From IMG/VR virus record IMGVR_UViG_3300032323_003610, positions 4,760 to 68,759 of that record: a stretch of DNA of 64,000 nt; one strand, written 5' to 3'. The notes beneath the pieces were generated by a model. It was not told the origin of the DNA. It ran no database searches and was given only the letters and a program-made list of their open reading frames with translations. The DNA is from a virus. The translations under genes and the position numbers were made by a program. Shown here in pieces: positions 58,274 through 64,000 of this stretch (position 1 is the stretch's first letter; each line of letters opens with the position of its first letter).

Positions 58274-59929
58274 ATGTCACAATTCAAATATACTCTTCCT
58301 TCAGGTTCAAGGTTTCTTGTGGAAGCACCTGTGAACACCACACAGAGCGAGGCTGATTTTATCTTTTACAACCAGGTGGCCGCCGGTGCATTGGTTGAGT
58401 TTGAAGTTGGACAAAGTGTAACCGAACTTGCAACCGTGGCCACAAAGTTTGAACTCAGCAGACTAGACCGCGGCACCGCCGGAGTTGACGACACGGTTAT
58501 TTTGTCCATTGTTAACGGTTTACCCACAGTGGCTGACATACCCTCTTTGATCAATGTGCCTTTGACCAATCCCATCACACAGGCCAGCATAGCAGAGATA
58601 AACAGCACAGGTTTTACTGCACCAGCCATAGGATCCTTAACCAGCAGTCAAACCTTGGCACTGATGGCCCAGGTGGCCAGTACAGTGGGTCAGGCTGCAA
58701 CGGCCATTACCAACGAAACTGGGGTAGGTCAATATGGATTAGACTGTCAACAACTGGAAATGGCTGGCTATGTCAAGCCCGGAACTTGGCAACGGTTTTT
58801 ACAAAATAGTTCTAGCAATTTAATTGACGTGTTGAGTGCTCCAGGCATATGGACTGGCCTTGATGGAATCAATACCCTTGCAGAGTTCCTTGCAAATAGC
58901 GAAGCACAACACACAGCTCAGGCCACTCTCATGGTCAACGGATATGCCAGTCTGCAGGCCGCTGGGGTAATTACTACCCCAGCCGCACAGTCTGTGTCGG
59001 CAGTAGTAGGACAAATTTTTACAGGAACAGACCCACAATTGACCTCAGCAACTACCGCGCTTACCAACGGTGTAAACAATCAAGTAGCATCGTTGGTTAC
59101 AAATAGCAGCAAGTACGGCACCCAACTCACCGCACAATGGGCCAAGGACTTGCCAGCACTAACGGACCTTACTTCCAATTTAACAAGTATAAAAGGTCTC
59201 TCTGCATCTCAAAGTGCTGTTCCTGGTATTCCTAGTCTTGGCTCACTAACATCCGGTATAACTCCTAATCTAGCGTCAGTAAAAACTGCTATGGACACTT
59301 TGGCCAAAGGATCACAATTTGCTGCCACAGCAAGCAGCACATTGACCAGCGGCCTGGATAGATTATCCAATCTCAATGTTACTGTTGGCAGTGTTACTGC
59401 CTTTGCAACGACATTGGCTGGGCAACTACAAGGACGTGCCCTTGCAGCAGCAGGGCAATTGCAAGGGCAAATCACAGGACAAGCACAAGCTCTGATTGGA
59501 CAGGCACAAGGACAAGCGCAAGCTCTAATTACACAGGCACAAGGTCAGGCTGATGCTCTGTTGACCCAGGCACGAGAACAGTTTGATCTGCTACGGGCAC
59601 AGGGTGACAAACTGGTAGCAGCGGTGCAACAAGCACCTGGATTTGCCAACACAGTGGATCGTGCCAGCATTGACGTGGCCACTACAAAAATATTTGGTAG
59701 TGCCAAGATACCCACCCCCAATTTTGGTCCTATTGTGGCCGAGTCAAAATCCTTGCTGGCTGCCTTGGACATCAGCAGAGCCCAAGGCATATTGAAAAAT
59801 TTGCAAGGGCAAGGTACTGCCCTGTTAAATCAAGCACAAGGACAGGCCACAGCGCTGGCAGGACAAGCACAGACCCAGGTCACCGCACTGGCAGGCCAGG
59901 CCAGAACAGTTGCAACCACGATTGTTTAA
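58274..59929 (+). CDS. Baseplate-associated protein with possible lysozyme-like domain and Gln/Ala repeats
   Basis: GQYG...QLE.AGYVKPG...WTG.DGI..L..FL domain and 11-aa QAQALxxQAQG repeats. Confidence 0.5.
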   Translation: MSQFKYTLPSGSRFLVEAPVNTTQSEADFIFYNQVAAGALVEFEVGQSVTELATVATKFELSRLDRGTAGVDDTVILSIVNGLPTVADIPSLINVPLTNPITQASIAEINSTGFTAPAIGSLTSSQTLALMAQVASTVGQAATAITNETGVGQYGLDCQQLEMAGYVKPGTWQRFLQNSSSNLIDVLSAPGIWTGLDGINTLAEFLANSEAQHTAQATLMVNGYASLQAAGVITTPAAQSVSAVVGQIFTGTDPQLTSATTALTNGVNNQVASLVTNSSKYGTQLTAQWAKDLPALTDLTSNLTSIKGLSASQSAVPGIPSLGSLTSGITPNLASVKTAMDTLAKGSQFAATASSTLTSGLDRLSNLNVTVGSVTAFATTLAGQLQGRALAAAGQLQGQITGQAQALIGQAQGQAQALITQAQGQADALLTQAREQFDLLRAQGDKLVAAVQQAPGFANTVDRASIDVATTKIFGSAKIPTPNFGPIVAESKSLLAALDISRAQGILKNLQGQGTALLNQAQGQATALAGQAQTQVTALAGQARTVATTIV

Positions 59930-59944
59930 CAGAGTAAATACATC

Positions 59945-60319
59945 ATGCCCACATTTATAGGATTTAATACCATAGGTCAAAACAAGAAATTCACCGCTGT
60001 GGATTTTGATTTGATCAAGATTGACCTGCTGAATGCATTCAATATCAGACAAGGCGAAAAAGTTGGACGACCCGGATACGGCACTGTGATATGGAACTAC
60101 CTGTTTGAAAATCAAACTCAGGAAACACAACAGGCTATTACGGCAGAAATACAGCGAGTGTGCGCCGGCGATCCTAGAATCTACATCAGCGGGCTAGAGA
60201 TATTTCCACAACAAAATGGCATACTGATACAGTTAGGGCTGGTAGTAGTACCCAGCACCACTGCACAACAGTTGAGCTTGTTTTTTGACCAACAACAGCG
60301 CACAGCCACTTACGTTTAA
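59945..60319 (+). CDS. Baseplate wedge protein (gp25-like)
   Basis: LIKIDLLNAFNIRQGEKVGRPGYGT.IW..LFE...DPR. Confidence 0.9.
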   Translation: MPTFIGFNTIGQNKKFTAVDFDLIKIDLLNAFNIRQGEKVGRPGYGTVIWNYLFENQTQETQQAITAEIQRVCAGDPRIYISGLEIFPQQNGILIQLGLVVVPSTTAQQLSLFFDQQQRTATYV

Positions 60320-60375
60320 CTATCTAAATAACAGCACATTATTAGTTCCATAAATACTCTAACATTGGAATAACT

Positions 60376-63300
60376 ATGGCCACAACCTCAAGACAAACTG
60401 CGATTTTTGGTGTTGAAGATTGGAAACGAATCTATCAAACCTATCGTGAAGCAGATTTCCAAAGCTATGATTTTGAAACCCTACGCAAGAGTTTTGTTGA
60501 TTATTTGCGCCTGTACTATCCAGAAACATTCAATGACTACATTGAATCGTCAGAATTTATTGCCCTGTTGGATGTCATGGCTTTTATGGGCCAAAGCCTG
60601 GCTTTTCGTACAGATCTAAACACACGTGAAAATTATCTAGACACAGCCGAACGCAGAGACTCGGTAGTTAAACTGGCAAATCTGGTCAGTTACACTCCCA
60701 AACGCAACACAGAAGCATCTGGATATCTCAAGGTATTTTCTGTCTCAACCACCGAAAATCTCATAGACTACAATGGCATCAATTTGGCCAATCTCACAGT
60801 CAACTGGGCTGATCCTACCAACCTTGACTGGCAAGAACAATTTATTACCATTATCAATGCTGCCTTGACCAACACACAAAAATTTGGCACTCCGGCAAAT
60901 CGACAAACCATCCTAGGAGTAGACACCCAGGAATACACTATCAATCTGGTTCCTGGATTTTTACCAGTGATACCTTACACAGCTACGGTAGACACAGTAA
61001 ACATGCCATTTGAAGTGGTCACCGCCACGTCCGCTGGCGAGGATTTTGTGTATGAGCCTCCGCCCCTGCCCAATGGTCAGTTCAACGTGCTGTTCCGCAA
61101 CGATCAGCAGGGCTTCCTTAGTGGCAACACAGGATTTTTCTTCCTATTCAAACAGGGTGTGTTGCAGAATCAAGACTTTAATTTGCCAGAACGCATAGAC
61201 AATCGTGCTGTGGCCATCAACATTGAAGGCATCAACAACACTGACGTTTGGTTGTATCAACTGGACGACCTAGGCAATGTAGCAGGCCTCTGGGAAAAGG
61301 TACAAAGTGTCTACGCTGCCGCAGTAGAACAACTTGCGCCTGGCACCAGAGATATCTACAGTGTGACCAGTAGAACCAATGACCAGATCACTTTGAATTT
61401 TGGTGATGGAGTGTTTGCTACCATACCAGTGGGTACATTTAGAACTTATGTTCGTGCTAGCAATGGCCTGACTTACATTATCAATCCGGTGGAAATGCAA
61501 AGTGTCAGTGTGCCCATCAGCTATGTGAGTCGCACAGGACAGATCGAAACCATTACATTTGTGTGTGGCATTACAGAACCAGTAACAAATGCACAGGCAC
61601 GCGAAACCATTGAAGAAATCAAGCAACGTGCACCTGCTCAGTACTACACACAAAATCGCATGGTCAATGGCGAGGACTACAACAATTTTCCTTTCACCCA
61701 ATACACCAGCATACTTAAAAGTACCGCTATCAATCGTGCATCTATTGGCACCAGTAGATACCTCGACCTGGTAGACGGTACTGGAAAATATTCCAGCACC
61801 AACATTTTTGCCAGTGATGGTGCCTTGTACGAATCCGATAACCTGTATTCATTTCAGTTTAGTTGGCTGACCAACAACGATATCTCAGACGCAGTAATCA
61901 ACCAAATCAATCCCCTGACCATCAGAGCAGGACTGCAACAGTTTTACTATGCAAATTTTCCAAGACCAAATTTGGCAGTGCTGAACTATACATGGAATCA
62001 AAGCACAGCAATTACCAACGAAACTACAGGTTATTTTGTTAACGATCAAGGCAATCCAGCTCCCATTGGAACCTATGCCAGCAATGCCGGCAGATACATC
62101 ACAGAAGGCAGCCTGGTACAATTTGCAGCGCCCACCGGCCAGTATTTTACAGCCACCAACAGACTAGCAGTCGGTATACCCACACAACCAGACGAAAAAC
62201 TCACCATATGGGCCAGTCCAACGGCCGTATATCTCGAAGGCACTGCCCAAGGTCTGGGTAATTTGCCATCGGGCCTAGGCCCTGTGGTGTTGAATAATTT
62301 TGTGCCAACTGGTGCAATTCCAGTGCAGGTTATTCCAGTGGTAGTCACGGATATTCCAATTAGTGTGCAACAAAGTGTAATTTCACAGATTGCATTGAAT
62401 CAAAACTTTGGATTGGGCTACAGCAACACTACCAGCACCTGGTACGTGATTACCTCCAGCAATCTTGATGTGGGTGCAAATTTTAGCCTGGCAAATGCAC
62501 AAAATACTTCAGGCTTGAATCTTGACGCTAGTTGGTTAATTCAGGCCACCTACGATGGATCCAAGTACACAGTAGTTTCTAGATCTCTGGAATATTATTT
62601 TGGCAGCGTGTTGCAGACTAGATTTTTCTTTTATACCAGTGATCCTATATACGACAGTCGGACTGGCACCGTGATTAGAGATTATATCAATATATTAAAG
62701 ATCAACAGCCAAGCCGACAGTGCAGTTCCCCTGGGTACCGACAACATATTGACCATCATTGATCAGCCGGTGCTGAGCGACGGTCTGGTTGACGATTTTC
62801 AAGTTGTTGTCAGTTTTGATAGAACCAGTGGAGATCTAGCGCCGGTAAACCCAGATTTCTTTGATGAAATTGTGTCACCTGCAATTGACCCTACACAAAA
62901 ATTGGTGTTTTTTCAAGCCACTGTAGACTTTGATAATCTACAACGATACCTGCTGATCGAATCAGGTATAGTCAACAGCGATTATGCCACCCTGACTGAT
63001 ATTCAAGCTGTTCAAACACAGTTTATTCCCGGTCAAGTTTTTTATGCCTATAATCCAACACAACAAATTACCAACATTGATTACAGTGCCGGAATATTTT
63101 ATATCCTGGGCGTGGACAGTCTTGACAATCCTGTATTAACTGTGACCAATGATTATTTGGCACAAGTGGGACGCCAGGACCTGTATTTTCAATATCGTCA
63201 CAATAGTCCTTTAACCAGCAGAATTGATCCTGGATCCACAAACATCATTGACATATATTTGGTCACCTCAGCCTACCACACGGCCTACATCAATTGGTTA

Positions 63301-63813
63301 CAGGATACCACTGGCACAGTAGCCGAGCCAACGGCCCCAACAATTGATCAGTTAAATACAGCGTACCAGGGCCTGCAAGAATATAAAATGATATCCGACA
63401 ACATGATTCTCAACACTGTGGACTTCCAACCCTTGTTTGGACAAAAGGCAGATCCGGCCTTGCGAGCCACAATCAAGGTAATACGTGCTGCAGGTAGTAC
63501 TGCCAGTGTCAGCACCATTAAAAATTTAGTAGCGTCTAATATGAATGCCTATTTCAATATTGACAACTGGAATTTTGGAGATACCTTTTATTTCAGTGAA
63601 CTGGCAGCATACATTCATCAAAACATTGGCGACATTGTCAGCAGTGTGGTGTTGGTGCCACTAGATGTGCAAAAAAGTTTTGGCGATCTATACGAAATTA
63701 GATCGGCTCCAAATCAAATTTTTGTTAATGGAGCCACAGTAAATGACATAGAGGTTATTACTGCATTGACCAGCACTAATTTACAGACTGCACCTGGCAG
63801 TGGAGTAATTTAA
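60376..63813 (+). CDS. Baseplate wedge protein (gp6-like)
   Basis: YDFETLR...DYIESSE..ALLD...ENYLDTAERRDSV..LA..V.Y.PKR, FGDGVF, ETIEEIK.RAP..YYTQNRMV..EDY. Confidence 0.92.
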   Translation: MATTSRQTAIFGVEDWKRIYQTYREADFQSYDFETLRKSFVDYLRLYYPETFNDYIESSEFIALLDVMAFMGQSLAFRTDLNTRENYLDTAERRDSVVKLANLVSYTPKRNTEASGYLKVFSVSTTENLIDYNGINLANLTVNWADPTNLDWQEQFITIINAALTNTQKFGTPANRQTILGVDTQEYTINLVPGFLPVIPYTATVDTVNMPFEVVTATSAGEDFVYEPPPLPNGQFNVLFRNDQQGFLSGNTGFFFLFKQGVLQNQDFNLPERIDNRAVAINIEGINNTDVWLYQLDDLGNVAGLWEKVQSVYAAAVEQLAPGTRDIYSVTSRTNDQITLNFGDGVFATIPVGTFRTYVRASNGLTYIINPVEMQSVSVPISYVSRTGQIETITFVCGITEPVTNAQARETIEEIKQRAPAQYYTQNRMVNGEDYNNFPFTQYTSILKSTAINRASIGTSRYLDLVDGTGKYSSTNIFASDGALYESDNLYSFQFSWLTNNDISDAVINQINPLTIRAGLQQFYYANFPRPNLAVLNYTWNQSTAITNETTGYFVNDQGNPAPIGTYASNAGRYITEGSLVQFAAPTGQYFTATNRLAVGIPTQPDEKLTIWASPTAVYLEGTAQGLGNLPSGLGPVVLNNFVPTGAIPVQVIPVVVTDIPISVQQSVISQIALNQNFGLGYSNTTSTWYVITSSNLDVGANFSLANAQNTSGLNLDASWLIQATYDGSKYTVVSRSLEYYFGSVLQTRFFFYTSDPIYDSRTGTVIRDYINILKINSQADSAVPLGTDNILTIIDQPVLSDGLVDDFQVVVSFDRTSGDLAPVNPDFFDEIVSPAIDPTQKLVFFQATVDFDNLQRYLLIESGIVNSDYATLTDIQAVQTQFIPGQVFYAYNPTQQITNIDYSAGIFYILGVDSLDNPVLTVTNDYLAQVGRQDLYFQYRHNSPLTSRIDPGSTNIIDIYLVTSAYHTAYINWLQDTTGTVAEPTAPTIDQLNTAYQGLQEYKMISDNMILNTVDFQPLFGQKADPALRATIKVIRAAGSTASVSTIKNLVASNMNAYFNIDNWNFGDTFYFSELAAYIHQNIGDIVSSVVLVPLDVQKSFGDLYEIRSAPNQIFVNGATVNDIEVITALTSTNLQTAPGSGVI

Positions 63814-64000
63814 TGGCCAAGCAAGTACGCAGTGTAGAATTTTTACCAGAAATATTTCAAACACCAGTCAACAAACAATTTTTATCTGCAACTCTGGATC
63901 AGTTAATTCAGAATCCACAATACACACAAACTCAAGGATTTATTGGCCGCCGAATTGGCCCAGGAGTCAATGCCAACGATACCTATGTGGTTGAACCTAC
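63813..64000 (+). CDS. Partial baseplate wedge protein (gp7-like), runs off right edge
   Basis: TAATG overlap, MAKQVRSVEFLPEIFQTPVNKQFLSATLDQL... Confidence 0.65.
   Translation, partial: MAKQVRSVEFLPEIFQTPVNKQFLSATLDQLIQNPQYTQTQGFIGRRIGPGVNANDTYVVEP

Noticed and set aside
1-64000. Stop-codon reassignment
   Set aside because: Core genes are intact under the standard code, and TAA, TAG and TGA all end genes at tight junctions.

Overview
A 64-kb segment of a large T4-like myovirus genome, probably an aquatic phage. A Bug/TctC gene weakly suggests a betaproteobacterial host. The window holds most of the virion module: putative small terminase, gp4, tail tube, tail sheath, neck gp13/14/15, a ~14-kb cluster of Gly/Thr/Asn-repeat fibre genes, capsid gp23/22/21, portal gp20, a tape-measure-like protein, gp26/51 and baseplate gp48/53/5/25/6. 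It also holds gp46/gp47, a gp55-like late sigma factor, dNMP kinase and AT-rich accessory genes (radical SAMs, adenylate-forming enzyme, Bug protein, glycosyl- and sulfotransferase-like proteins). The most notable signals are: (1) a ~410-nt highly structured non-coding element at 41990-42400, co-oriented downstream of a minimal GIY-YIG nuclease; (2) a T-TTT-TTC -1 slippery site that would fuse the gp26-like and gp51-like ORFs; (3) a three-gene module with an aminoacyl-tRNA-protein transferase-like gene; (4) a structured leader upstream of the MGRPLK structural gene; (5) many apparently leaderless genes and an ATC start for gp15; (6) a possible virion glycosylation set around the fibre cluster. 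All family calls come from motif recognition by eye, with no database search.
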